From: an uncultured Mycoplasma sp.
Lineage (GTDB): Bacteria; Bacillota_I; Bacilli_A; RF39; UBA660
Reading direction: 5' to 3'
Assembly: GCA_946500895.1 (NCBI GenBank)
Contig: CAMMXG010000003.1
Location: 99-64,098, forward strand
Length of the DNA: 64,000 nucleotides
The notes beneath the pieces are model-generated. The model searched no databases. It had not been told where the DNA came from and worked only from the letters and a program-made list of their open reading frames with translations. Positions 38,311 to 48,104 of this stretch are shown piece after piece. Each line of letters opens with the position of its first letter. The first letter of the stretch is position 1. The translations under genes were made by a program, and so were the position numbers.

Positions 38311-39724
38311 CTGGTTTTATTATGCTTATACTACCAAGTATTGTAAGTGGAATTAATGCTGGCAAAAAGTATCTTGGAGCAACTTCCAAAAAAATGCTTG
38401 CTAATGTAAATCCACCAATAAATAAAATTAATATATTTAAAATAGTTGATAATTCTTTTTGTTTAGTTGCGTGTATTCCAAAGAGTAAATTTATTAAGAT
38501 TAAAATATAGTAACCCAACATCGAAATAAAATTCAGTATATTTCCTTGGTTATGTTGAAATTCAATATCTAACATACTTGTTGCATTATTCCAACTATAC
38601 CCTCCAATATCACTAGTCAAAAAGATAAACTTTTTTAACAAAAGGTTAATGTTTTTTATCCCATTATTTAAATAATTCTCAATTGCTAAATTTTGTAGAT
38701 TATTTTGAATTTTATTTGCATCAAACGGTTCTTTTTCCATTTCCTCATTTAAGATTTTTGATCCTGTTGCTGACCAACTACCATTGGAATTTATATCTGA
38801 ACCGCTAAATAGTGTAAAGCCTATTGATGTAGCCGCCTCATATCCGATTTCATGTTCTAAATAAATATTTGATATTTTTCCAACACCAATATAAAATACT
38901 AATATAATCACTGTACATATCATATTTAACATTCTGCTATTTGGTTTCTTTATAAAATATTCATAAATTAATACAATTAAAAATGCTATTATAAATATAA
39001 TTGAAACTGGTCTAAATAGATTTGTAATGCCAAGAGATAATCCTATGAGAAGCGAATATAACAACTTAGTTTTCATAACATTTGCTTTAAAAAATTTAAT
39101 AACTAAATAAATTGATATGGCTAAAAATGTATTAAAAGCTGTCCCGCCAAAAGCAAACATACACCATATTAAATTTATTGGATTATATAGCCATAAAATC
39201 GTTCCCAAATATGCAGCTTTTTTATCTGATATATTTTTTATTATTTTAAAGATAACATAAGCAGATATAAAATTTAAAATAATATTTGATATAATAACCA
39301 CTGAATAGTTAATAGTAAAAATTTTAAGCAGTGTACCTAAAAACATAATGTATCCCCATAAATGAGGGAAAAGGGCTATGTATTTTGAAGCATATACGCC
39401 ATCTGTAGCAAAATGTATTGCATTAGAATAGAACGTGGCATAATCTACATAAGGATCATTATAAGGTAGAAAAAGTAACATACCATATAATATTAAAGCT
39501 ATTACTAAACTAGTTAAAAAGAACTTCTTATTTATTTGTTTATTTTTTTTAAATAGAAATAGGTTAATTAAAAAGACAATTACAATTGCTAATAGAAAAT
39601 ATATAAAATAAATGTATCTGCCTACATTAATAATATTAATTATAATTCCAATACATATACTTAGCATTAATATGATATACAATATTGATAATATTAAACA
39701 AAATCTTTCTTTTAAAAATTTCAT
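38297..39724 (-). CDS. GT-C-fold membrane glycosyltransferase (GT39/PMT_2-like)
   Basis: About 12 TM helices; the first loop YNDPYVDYATFYSNAIHFATDG..FPHLWGY is typical of ArnT/PMT-like enzymes. Confidence 0.6.
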   Translation of the reverse strand: MKFLKERFCLILSILYIILMLSICIGIIINIINVGRYIYFIYFLLAIVIVFLINLFLFKKNKQINKKFFLTSLVIALILYGMLLFLPYNDPYVDYATFYSNAIHFATDGVYASKYIALFPHLWGYIMFLGTLLKIFTINYSVVIISNIILNFISAYVIFKIIKNISDKKAAYLGTILWLYNPINLIWCMFAFGGTAFNTFLAISIYLVIKFFKANVMKTKLLYSLLIGLSLGITNLFRPVSIIFIIAFLIVLIYEYFIKKPNSRMLNMICTVIILVFYIGVGKISNIYLEHEIGYEAATSIGFTLFSGSDINSNGSWSATGSKILNEEMEKEPFDANKIQNNLQNLAIENYLNNGIKNINLLLKKFIFLTSDIGGYSWNNATSMLDIEFQHNQGNILNFISMLGYYILILINLLFGIHATKQKELSTILNILILFIGGFTLASIFLEVAPRYFLPALIPLTILGSISIIKPEKTN

Positions 39725-39743
39725 GTCTTCACCTTTCTTTTAT

Positions 39744-40301
39744 TTAGTATTTAATTATTTTATTCTTTTTAACTAAAAATTTGTTTTCAGCCAATTTTAA
39801 CATTGGCATGTCCGATAAACTATCTGAATATGCTTTATTTACTTTTATTTTTGCATAGTTTTCATTTAATCTTTTAACTTTTTCTTCACCATAGCAATTA
39901 TTACTTATAAACTTTCCAGTTTTTTTGTTTACTTTAGTAGCAATTACATCTTTTACCTTTAAATACTTTCCAATAGGTTCAATTAAAAAATCTGGTGATG
40001 CTGTGATTATAATATCATGATTATGTTCTTGTAACAAATACCATTTCTTTATTTTTCTTTTGTATTTATGCCAAAAACTTTCAATATGTGTATCAATGTC
40101 ATCTATTTCCTTTAAAAAAGCAAAAAAAATTTCTTTCATTTCTTTTTTAGATATTTTTTTAGATTTATATTTCATAATAGCAATAATATCTTTGGGAATA
40201 TATTTAATAATAGACCATTTTTTTATGAGTGAATATCGGAAAAAGTCTATACTTGAATCACCATTATAAATCGTTTTATCAAAATCATATAAATTATACA
40301 T
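39744..40301 (-). CDS. HAD-IB family phosphatase
   Basis: Catalytic motif I YDFDKTIY (DxD), ITASPDFL (motif II), and C-terminal YSDSLSDMPML (motif IV). Confidence 0.7.
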   Translation of the reverse strand: MYNLYDFDKTIYNGDSSIDFFRYSLIKKWSIIKYIPKDIIAIMKYKSKKISKKEMKEIFFAFLKEIDDIDTHIESFWHKYKRKIKKWYLLQEHNHDIIITASPDFLIEPIGKYLKVKDVIATKVNKKTGKFISNNCYGEEKVKRLNENYAKIKVNKAYSDSLSDMPMLKLAENKFLVKKNKIIKY

Positions 40302-40305
40302 TTTA

Positions 40306-41172
40306 TCACCTTAAAACATATAATGTTAAAAATATAGCAAACGCATATATTCCTACTAATAAAATCAAAATTTTGTCTTTTAATAGAACTTCTACTGGAT
40401 CTCCTGAACTATTTGATTCTATATTTAAAGAGTATTTCATACAGATTAATAATACAATCGGAATAGTCCACATCATATAATCAGAACTTAGATCTTGACA
40501 CCATAGAGAATAAAATATAATGGTCATACTTAAACACATGTACATATTTTTATCTAAAAATTCCTTGTTGTAATATTTCAAAACACTTCTTGTGTTATTT
40601 CCAATTTTCTCCTGTGCCATTAGCTCATTTCTTCTTTTTCCTAATCCTAAATAGAAAGAGATTGATAATACTGTTAAGAAAAGCCAGTTAGAAACCTCTA
40701 CATTTATTAACGCTCCACCATATAGTACTCTTATTAAAAATCCTAACGCTAAAATAAATACATCTAATAAGGGAATATTTTTTAGGCCAAAACTATACAT
40801 AATATTTATTAGTATATAAGTAATAATATAAATACTTATAAATTTATTAAATGTACTTAAATATGTTAAAATTAATACTGTTATTATCAATAATAGCATT
40901 GCCGTTATTAAAGCATTAGGTATTGATATAGTACCGGCAGCAATTGGTCTATTTTTCTTTGTTGGATGATTTTTATCTTTTTCTTTGTCTTTAATATCAT
41001 TAATAATATAAATTATTGAAGATGCAAAAGAAAAGCTTATAAATCCTAAAATTGATAGTAATATATTAGTCACATTAATATTACGGCTAAATATAAGTGG
41101 TAAGAAAATTAGAAAGTTTTTAATCCAATGTTTTACTCTTATTAATTTTAAATATTTTCCCATTTTTTTCAC
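40306..41172 (-). CDS. UbiA-family prenyl-phosphate phosphoribosyltransferase-like protein (DPPRS-like)
   Basis: IRVKHWIKNFLIFLPLIFS start, NDIKDKEKDKNHPTKKNRPIAAG (NDxxD...R-P motif) and 8-9 TM helices, as in decaprenyl-phosphate 5-phosphoribosyltransferase homologues. Confidence 0.7.
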   Translation of the reverse strand: MKKMGKYLKLIRVKHWIKNFLIFLPLIFSRNINVTNILLSILGFISFSFASSIIYIINDIKDKEKDKNHPTKKNRPIAAGTISIPNALITAMLLLIITVLILTYLSTFNKFISIYIITYILINIMYSFGLKNIPLLDVFILALGFLIRVLYGGALINVEVSNWLFLTVLSISFYLGLGKRRNELMAQEKIGNNTRSVLKYYNKEFLDKNMYMCLSMTIIFYSLWCQDLSSDYMMWTIPIVLLICMKYSLNIESNSSGDPVEVLLKDKILILLVGIYAFAIFLTLYVLR

Positions 41173-43701
41173 CTACAATTCATAAATTAATAAAAATTTT
41201 TCAGCTGCATCCCATACATGCGTTGGTGATATATTATTTTTTTTAAACCCATTTAATAAATATGGCATTCTATTGTAATTGGCATAGGTGCCATTTTTCT
41301 CATAACTAAGGGGATAAAGGCTATCACAAATGTACAAAGTTACATTTTTTTTATTATAATGGTAATTTGCCCATCCCAAATAAGGGTAGTCTAAAGAGTC
41401 AGTTACTTCATTTACAATATTTTCACCATAAAACCATGTTAATTTAGTATAAGCATCATTTTCATCTGGAAGTTTCAAATCATTTTTTATCTCTAGTTTT
41501 TCTAATGCAAATTTTGCTATTGCTGTTGGATAATACGTTAATAATGCCCCATCTGTATATCCTATTAAATAATTAGAATTATTTTCATTTTTTATTTTGT
41601 CTATTTCCACCATTATTTCATTTAAAATCGAATTATCACTTTTTGTAACATATATTAAATATAATAATTCACCTAAATTATCTGCTTCTGGCATTTGGTT
41701 TTGATAATCATAAATAGAATCTATATTATCTACCCAATCTTTAATTAAAGATATATTATTTGTTTTTTCTAACACCATGGCTCCCATAAAAGCATCTCGA
41801 TACCAACCGCCATCATATACTAAAATATTGGGTTTCATTATATTATTATCAATATTAAATAATATTTCTTGGTGTAATACTTTTAAAACTTCCGAATACT
41901 TATGATTTGGAAATTCTGGAAGATTAATTTTATCTTTAGATTCATATAAAATCACCTTTTTTTTATTTTTTTCTAGATATATTCCATTTTCATTTTCATA
42001 TATAATGATTTTTTCGCCTTTACTGTTTTCTAATACAACTTTGTAATCATTAGGAACTACCATTTCTTTATTAATTTTTTCATTTAAAAGCTCTTCTCCA
42101 CTAGCTATATCATATAACTTTCCTTGTGTATATAATAACTTTCTTCTATTTCCCATTCCAAAAAAGTAAATTTGATTTTCTAACTTATAAGCTTCTTGAA
42201 TTGATAAGTCGTTTTTTAATTGAGTCATTTGCCCTAAATATTTATTATACTCTTCTTGATACTCTGGAAACACATAACTTTCAACTTTATAGCAAACAAT
42301 GTTTGCTACTAGTAAATTTGCTAAGATTAAACATATAGCACCTATAAATAAAATGATTTTTTTATATTTGAATTTTAGCATCATTAATATTAATATAATT
42401 GGAAAAATGTATATATAGCCTATTATAGTTATAAAAGAATTAGTTGATGTTATGGAAGCAACTAAATTAAAGATTCTAATAGTTCCAAGTATATTGAATG
42501 CTAATTCCATTAAAAAAATAAAGATTAAGAATATATATAACTTTTTATTGATTGTTTTAATGCTACTTTTTATAAGATACCCAATTATTAATATAAGAAC
42601 AAATTGATAATGGTTAATATATAAAAATGATTCACTATTTCCATAAAATAAATGTAAAATAAAATTAAATAAGAAAATAATAATTAAAAAATATACAAAT
42701 TGATGTTCTTTTATTTTCTTTCTATTTACATATATAAATTTTATTGTTAATAAAATCAGTAATATTATAAGCAATACTATAAATAGTTTTTCAAATTTGT
42801 AAAATGTTGAAAAAGTTAATACATTTCTTCCTTCTATTATTGTAAAAACTATTCTAGGAGCAAAAAAGCTATATCCTAAAATGGTTTTTATTTGATTAAT
42901 TATAGAATTAAAACTAAAAGGTTCTATGTATGTAAGTTCTTCAGAGGTTCCATTTAAAAAGCTATTTAAATTATCTTTAAAAAATAATCCTGAATTCGGA
43001 AAAAATACGGCTTGTAATTCAGATAACATTACCCCTAAACTAATAGGTATAATATTTAATATTAATAAGTTTTTTATTTTTTCGCTTTTCTTGCAATTTG
43101 GCATTTTCACACATAAATATATTGTTGCTAAAAAATAAACAAAGTAATTAGTGATTGTAATTCCTAGGGATACTACTCCTAACGCTAACAATAAAACCAG
43201 GTCTTTCTGACTCAATTTTTTCCCCGACTTTGAGTATGTAACATAAATTAATAATATTAAGAAAAATTGGGCAAAGGAATAGGTTTCAATCGTTGCACTA
43301 AATACTATTTGGCTAAAAGAAATAGCCATTATTGCTGTTAATAAATAACTTAATATTTTATTATTGGTAATTTTATCTAGTAAATTATTTATCATTCCTA
43401 TTGAAATTCCATTTAAAATACTTTGTAGAAAAATAATACTTATTAATTTATTTGTTAATATTAGTGATAAAAAATAAATTATGGGCTGGAAAAAAATAAT
43501 AAATAGAGGATGAACAATAGTCCTATAATGATTTTCTATTCGGAATGACAAATCTATTATAACTCGTGGTGTATCAGCACCAAAAAACAAATTTTCAAAA
43601 CTAGTTGAATCTTGAAAATATGAGAATACACATCCTAATGTAAAATATATGATAAATGCTATAGATGATGTTATAATCAATTTTTTTGTTGATGGTTTCA
43701 T
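41173..43701 (-). CDS. large polytopic membrane protein (GT-C-like N-terminal half) with ~370-aa extracytoplasmic C-terminal domain
   Basis: About 13 TM helices with an early ADTPRVIIDL..HYRTIVHPLF loop. The C-terminal soluble domain contains GGWYRDAFMGAMVL, a W-x-RD-type motif seen in (alpha/alpha)6 glycoside-hydrolase-like folds. Confidence 0.5.
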   Translation of the reverse strand: MKPSTKKLIITSSIAFIIYFTLGCVFSYFQDSTSFENLFFGADTPRVIIDLSFRIENHYRTIVHPLFIIFFQPIIYFLSLILTNKLISIIFLQSILNGISIGMINNLLDKITNNKILSYLLTAIMAISFSQIVFSATIETYSFAQFFLILLIYVTYSKSGKKLSQKDLVLLLALGVVSLGITITNYFVYFLATIYLCVKMPNCKKSEKIKNLLILNIIPISLGVMLSELQAVFFPNSGLFFKDNLNSFLNGTSEELTYIEPFSFNSIINQIKTILGYSFFAPRIVFTIIEGRNVLTFSTFYKFEKLFIVLLIILLILLTIKFIYVNRKKIKEHQFVYFLIIIFLFNFILHLFYGNSESFLYINHYQFVLILIIGYLIKSSIKTINKKLYIFLIFIFLMELAFNILGTIRIFNLVASITSTNSFITIIGYIYIFPIILILMMLKFKYKKIILFIGAICLILANLLVANIVCYKVESYVFPEYQEEYNKYLGQMTQLKNDLSIQEAYKLENQIYFFGMGNRRKLLYTQGKLYDIASGEELLNEKINKEMVVPNDYKVVLENSKGEKIIIYENENGIYLEKNKKKVILYESKDKINLPEFPNHKYSEVLKVLHQEILFNIDNNIMKPNILVYDGGWYRDAFMGAMVLEKTNNISLIKDWVDNIDSIYDYQNQMPEADNLGELLYLIYVTKSDNSILNEIMVEIDKIKNENNSNYLIGYTDGALLTYYPTAIAKFALEKLEIKNDLKLPDENDAYTKLTWFYGENIVNEVTDSLDYPYLGWANYHYNKKNVTLYICDSLYPLSYEKNGTYANYNRMPYLLNGFKKNNISPTHVWDAAEKFLLIYEL

Positions 43702-43723
43702 AGTTATTCTCCTTCGCCTTTTA

Positions 43724-44823
43724 TTATAAATATTTATTTAAAATTATATCTACTATATATTTGCTGGCATAGCCATCTCCATATGGGTTCATAGCTTTGG
43801 CCATTTTATCATATTCCTCTTTATTTGTTAATAATAATTTTGTTTCTTCATAAATTTTATTTGTATCAGTACCTACAAGTTTTAATGTTCCGGCTTCAAT
43901 TCCTTCTGGACGTTCAGTTGTATCACGTAGTACTAATACCGGTTTACCTAATGATGGTGCTTCTTCTTGAACTCCACCACTATCAGTTAGAATGAGATAT
44001 GCTTTATTTTGAAAGTTGTGAAAATCAAACACTTCTAATGGTTCAATCATTTTTACTTTATTACAATTTCCTAATATTGCAGTTGCTATCTCTCTAACTT
44101 TTGGATTCATATGGATGGGATAAACTACTCTTACATCATCAAATTCATCAACAATTTTTTTATAGCAGTAAATATATGACGCATTGGCTCTCCAAAATTT
44201 TCTCTGCGATGAGCTGTTAGCAAGATCATTCTATTATTTCCTACCCAATCAAAAACTGGATGATAATAGTCTTGGATAACAGTTGTTTTCATTGCATCAA
44301 TAACAGTATTACCTGTAACATAAATTGTATCTTCTTTTTTATTATCATTTAATAAATTTTGTTTACTAAGCTCTGTAGGGGCAAAGTTCATGTCGGCTAA
44401 GCAAGACACCATTTGTCTATTCATTTCCTCTGGATATGGTGAATATTTATTGTAAGTTCTTAATCCAGCTTCAACATGACCTATATCTACTTGATTATAG
44501 AAAGCTGCTAGAGCGCCAGCAAAAGTTGTTGTTGTATCCCCATGCACCAGAACTATATTAGGTTGAACTTCTTTTATAACACTCTCTAACTCTACTAAAG
44601 CTCTAGTTGTAATATCTGCGAGGGTTTGCCCTTGTTTCATGATGTTTAAATCATAGTCCGGTACAATTTTAAATGTCTCTAAAACTTGATCTAACATTTC
44701 TCGATGTTGAGCTGTTACGCAGACAATACACTCTATTTTTTTTCTACTTTTTAACTCTAGAACTAATGGTGCCATTTTTATTGCTTCGGGCCTAGTTCCA
44801 AAAATTACCATTACTTTAATCAT
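43724..44823 (-). pseudogene. mnaA: UDP-N-acetylglucosamine 2-epimerase split by a frameshift in an A7 tract
   Basis: The N-terminal ORF (MIKVMVIFGTRPEAIKMAPL...TAHRRENFGEPM) and C-terminal ORF (..VVYPIHMNPKV...DSGGVQEEAPSLGKPVLVLRDTTERPE) are in frames differing by 1 nt. The switch maps to the homopolymer at 44155-44161. Confidence 0.85.
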
Positions 44824-44834
44824 TTAGCCTCCTG

Positions 44835-47033
44835 CTATATTTGTTTCCATAAGAATCGTAAGTTATTTTTTAAAAATCTTTTAATTCTTTTTGGCTCTGT
44901 AAGGATACGATATAGCCATTCTAAATTTAATTTAATAAATATTTTAGGAGCTCTTTTTTTTCTTCCACTTAGTACATCAAAAGTTCCTCCTACGCCCATA
45001 AAAATCCCTTTTTCAACTTTATCAAAAATATCATTTATGAATAATTCTTGATCAGGTATTCCTAAGGCAACTAAGCATACATCTGGTTTTAATTTTAATA
45101 TATCTTTTTTTACTTTTTCTCTATCTTTATTATAACCATCGCTTGTTTTAACTATTTTAAGCTCTGGAAAATCTTTTTCTAGTTTTTTTCTTAAGCTTTC
45201 CACTACATCCTTTTTAGCCCCAAAAAGATATAATGTTTTTTTATGTTTATTTGCAAGTTCAAATAATGATTTGGATAAATCGCAGCCTGTAATTCTTTCT
45301 TTTACATTTAGTCCTTTTTTTTGACATGCTTTTACTATAGAAATACCATCGGGGACTTTTAAAGCTTTTTCATTTAGTAGAATTTCTTTTATTACATTAT
45401 TCTTTTGAGATAACATTATTGTTTCTGGATTGGCTGTTACTATAAAACATTTTTCATTATTTATCATTTTCTTTTCTATTTCTTTAACAACGGCATCATA
45501 ATTTTTTGTCGTAATATTTTCTAATTCTTTAGTTAATAAATTATTTTTACTTAGCTGGGTTAATTTAATCCATAAAAGAATCATTATAATGGCTAACACT
45601 ATAGAAAATTGAGTATATATATATGTTGCTCCCGCATAAAAACTAATAAAGAAAAACATACAAAATCCTTCGGCGAGCATCAAAGTTTCTATATTTAATT
45701 TTTTAATATTTTTGATACAAGTCACAATCGTTTTTATTAGCAGTATCCATAATATACCTGTAAATAATATAAATCCTATTATTCCAAAAGAGTATAATGG
45801 CATAATAATATCTCTTTCCATTGATAAATAGTTTGGCTGATTTAAATATCCAAGGCCTAATAATTTAAAAGGTAAACTAGCATATCCAAATTTATAATGC
45901 ATAAAATATAATTGCCTATTTCTGTTATCTGATGAATGAAGTTCGCCACTGTTATATAACTCATTTAATTTTTCTAGGCTTTTCAAAGTCCATTCTTCAT
46001 ATTCTAGCGCGATTTCTTTCCTGTTATTGTTTCCTGAATTACTACTGTTACCTGTATTTTCTTTATCGTTATCAGCTACTGATTGTATATTTTCTTTGTT
46101 TTTATCAACTGTTACTTGCATATTTTCGGTGTATTGTTTAATGTCTTCCTCTTGAGATTCTGTATTTGCTACTGTATTATTAATTTCGGTATTCTTGTAT
46201 ACTGGTAACTGTTTATATAAAACTACTACTCCTATGATAATAATTAATGATAGACTAATTTCTGATATCTTTATTACTGTTTTTTTATTGATTATTTTTA
46301 TAAATATATTAACAAGAATATATATAGAAAATACAATTATTATTATATAATATGGAACTTTGGTTCCGATTAGCAAAAACGGAAGCAGCCCAACTATTAT
46401 CATTATCGCTTTTATAAAAAAATTAATTTTTAATTTAAATAAGTTATAAAAATAAAACGGAGATGCTATACATAATAAATGTCCATATATTTGTCCAGAA
46501 TAATTCCAACCTCTAAAGCCTAATTTAGTAGAATCAGAAAATTCGTATGTTAGCCATGATGTTTTGGTAATAATGGCTAATAGATATAGTATTATATACA
46601 ATGAAACACTTATTATTAAAGCTTGTCCTAATTTTTTGTAAAAATAATCTTTATCGTCAATATTCGAATATATATTTTTTAAAGTCAAAAAAATTGTTAT
46701 AAAATAAATTATGTTTATTATAAATCTGAACTCATGAAGGATTGTTAATGGATTAGTAAAAATTAAATATAATAATATAGAATGTAAAACAATAAAAGCT
46801 GCTACTAAAAGGTAATATAAAAATTGCCTTTTTTTATGATTATATTTTATAAAAAAAAATGTATATAAAAACCCTCCAAAAACAAATATTGGTTTAAAAT
46901 AGGTTATTATATTTATTGGAATATAATCATAATTATATAAATTTGAAATAATATCGCATAATGGTTGAATGATTATAAATGCTAAATATAACTTTAAAAA
47001 CATTAACGTTTTTTTATTTTGCTTCGTATTCAA
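44835..47033 (-). CDS. tagA: fusion protein: O-antigen-ligase/polymerase-like (Wzy_C-type) membrane domain + WecG/TagA (GT26) N-acetylmannosaminyltransferase domain
   Basis: About 480 aa with ~12 TM helices (LGFRGWNYSGQIYGHLL loop) and a low-complexity linker. The C-terminal 230 aa carry VTANPE, VPDGISIV, LFGAK, GVGGTFD and LEWLYRI motifs of TagA/WecG. Confidence 0.75.
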   Translation of the reverse strand: MNTKQNKKTLMFLKLYLAFIIIQPLCDIISNLYNYDYIPINIITYFKPIFVFGGFLYTFFFIKYNHKKRQFLYYLLVAAFIVLHSILLYLIFTNPLTILHEFRFIINIIYFITIFLTLKNIYSNIDDKDYFYKKLGQALIISVSLYIILYLLAIITKTSWLTYEFSDSTKLGFRGWNYSGQIYGHLLCIASPFYFYNLFKLKINFFIKAIMIIVGLLPFLLIGTKVPYYIIIIVFSIYILVNIFIKIINKKTVIKISEISLSLIIIIGVVVLYKQLPVYKNTEINNTVANTESQEEDIKQYTENMQVTVDKNKENIQSVADNDKENTGNSSNSGNNNRKEIALEYEEWTLKSLEKLNELYNSGELHSSDNRNRQLYFMHYKFGYASLPFKLLGLGYLNQPNYLSMERDIIMPLYSFGIIGFILFTGILWILLIKTIVTCIKNIKKLNIETLMLAEGFCMFFFISFYAGATYIYTQFSIVLAIIMILLWIKLTQLSKNNLLTKELENITTKNYDAVVKEIEKKMINNEKCFIVTANPETIMLSQKNNVIKEILLNEKALKVPDGISIVKACQKKGLNVKERITGCDLSKSLFELANKHKKTLYLFGAKKDVVESLRKKLEKDFPELKIVKTSDGYNKDREKVKKDILKLKPDVCLVALGIPDQELFINDIFDKVEKGIFMGVGGTFDVLSGRKKRAPKIFIKLNLEWLYRILTEPKRIKRFLKNNLRFLWKQI

Positions 47034-48093
47034 ACAAATCCCTCACTTCTTTAAATAGATTATCATACTTTAATTTAAAATTCATTACTTTTTTATTAAT
47101 TTTGTCAAAATTTGTTTTATTTAACATAAAAATCATTTCATTTGCCAATGATTTAGCATTATGATTACATATTATCCCATAATTATTATTTGCAATTATT
47201 TTTTCAACAACTGATATTTTGGTACTTATAATCGGTTTTTTTAAAATTAATGCTTCTAAAATTACCAAAGACTGTCCTTCATAATCACTGGATAATACAA
47301 AGCAATCTGCACTTGCTATAAATGGATAGGGATTTTCTTGAATTCCCCACAAGATAACTTCTGATTCTAGTCCTAGCTCTTTTATTTTTTGTGATATTTT
47401 TATATAATTTTCGCCATTTCCTACTAGCCACATTTGAAACTTAAATCCTTGATCTTTTAGAATTTTGCATGCGTCAATAAGTAAGTCATGCCTTTTTTCG
47501 TTTCGCATTCTAGAAACATTTACAAATGTAAATGCCTTTTTATCAATTGTTTTCTTTTTAGATAGTTCGATTATTTCGTTAGCATTGATAATATTAGAAA
47601 TTACTTTTGTCTTATTTTCAGATATATCATATTTACTTAAAAAACTCTTTTTTATATCATTTGATACAAAAACTATTTCATCTACTTTTTTATATGAATC
47701 TAATGCTTCTTGATAACTAATTCCAATATTATGTTTTGTAACATCAGTATGTATCCAAGCTATTTTTTTACAATTTTGATCTATTTCGGTTATTAAAGTT
47801 GCTAGTCTACCTTCAAGGTATGCAACTAAAAAATCATACTTTTTATTGCAGATTTTATTAATTTCTTTCTTCCGATAAGATTTAATATATTTAAATTTTG
47901 CATACATATATTTAGAGCGTTTAATTTCAAAAATTTCTATATCTGAAGGTAATTTTTTTATTAATGTGCCTTTTTTTTCATATAAGTATAAGTCTATTTT
48001 ATAATCTTGATGTAAAAAATTAATTATATTAACTAATGATTTTTCTGCACCACCGATTTCCAAATTATAGCCAAAAAAAGCAATTGATTTCAT
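47014..48093 (-). CDS. glycosyltransferase family 4 (GT-B)
   Basis: GGAEKS N-terminal motif and E(x7)E-type C-terminal motif (SDYEGQSLVILEAL). Start set at the ATG at 48093 with a GGAGG RBS. Confidence 0.75.
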   Translation of the reverse strand: MKSIAFFGYNLEIGGAEKSLVNIINFLHQDYKIDLYLYEKKGTLIKKLPSDIEIFEIKRSKYMYAKFKYIKSYRKKEINKICNKKYDFLVAYLEGRLATLITEIDQNCKKIAWIHTDVTKHNIGISYQEALDSYKKVDEIVFVSNDIKKSFLSKYDISENKTKVISNIINANEIIELSKKKTIDKKAFTFVNVSRMRNEKRHDLLIDACKILKDQGFKFQMWLVGNGENYIKISQKIKELGLESEVILWGIQENPYPFIASADCFVLSSDYEGQSLVILEALILKKPIISTKISVVEKIIANNNYGIICNHNAKSLANEMIFMLNKTNFDKINKKVMNFKLKYDNLFKEVRDLFEYEAK

Positions 48094-48104
48094 ATAAACC
48101 TCCA

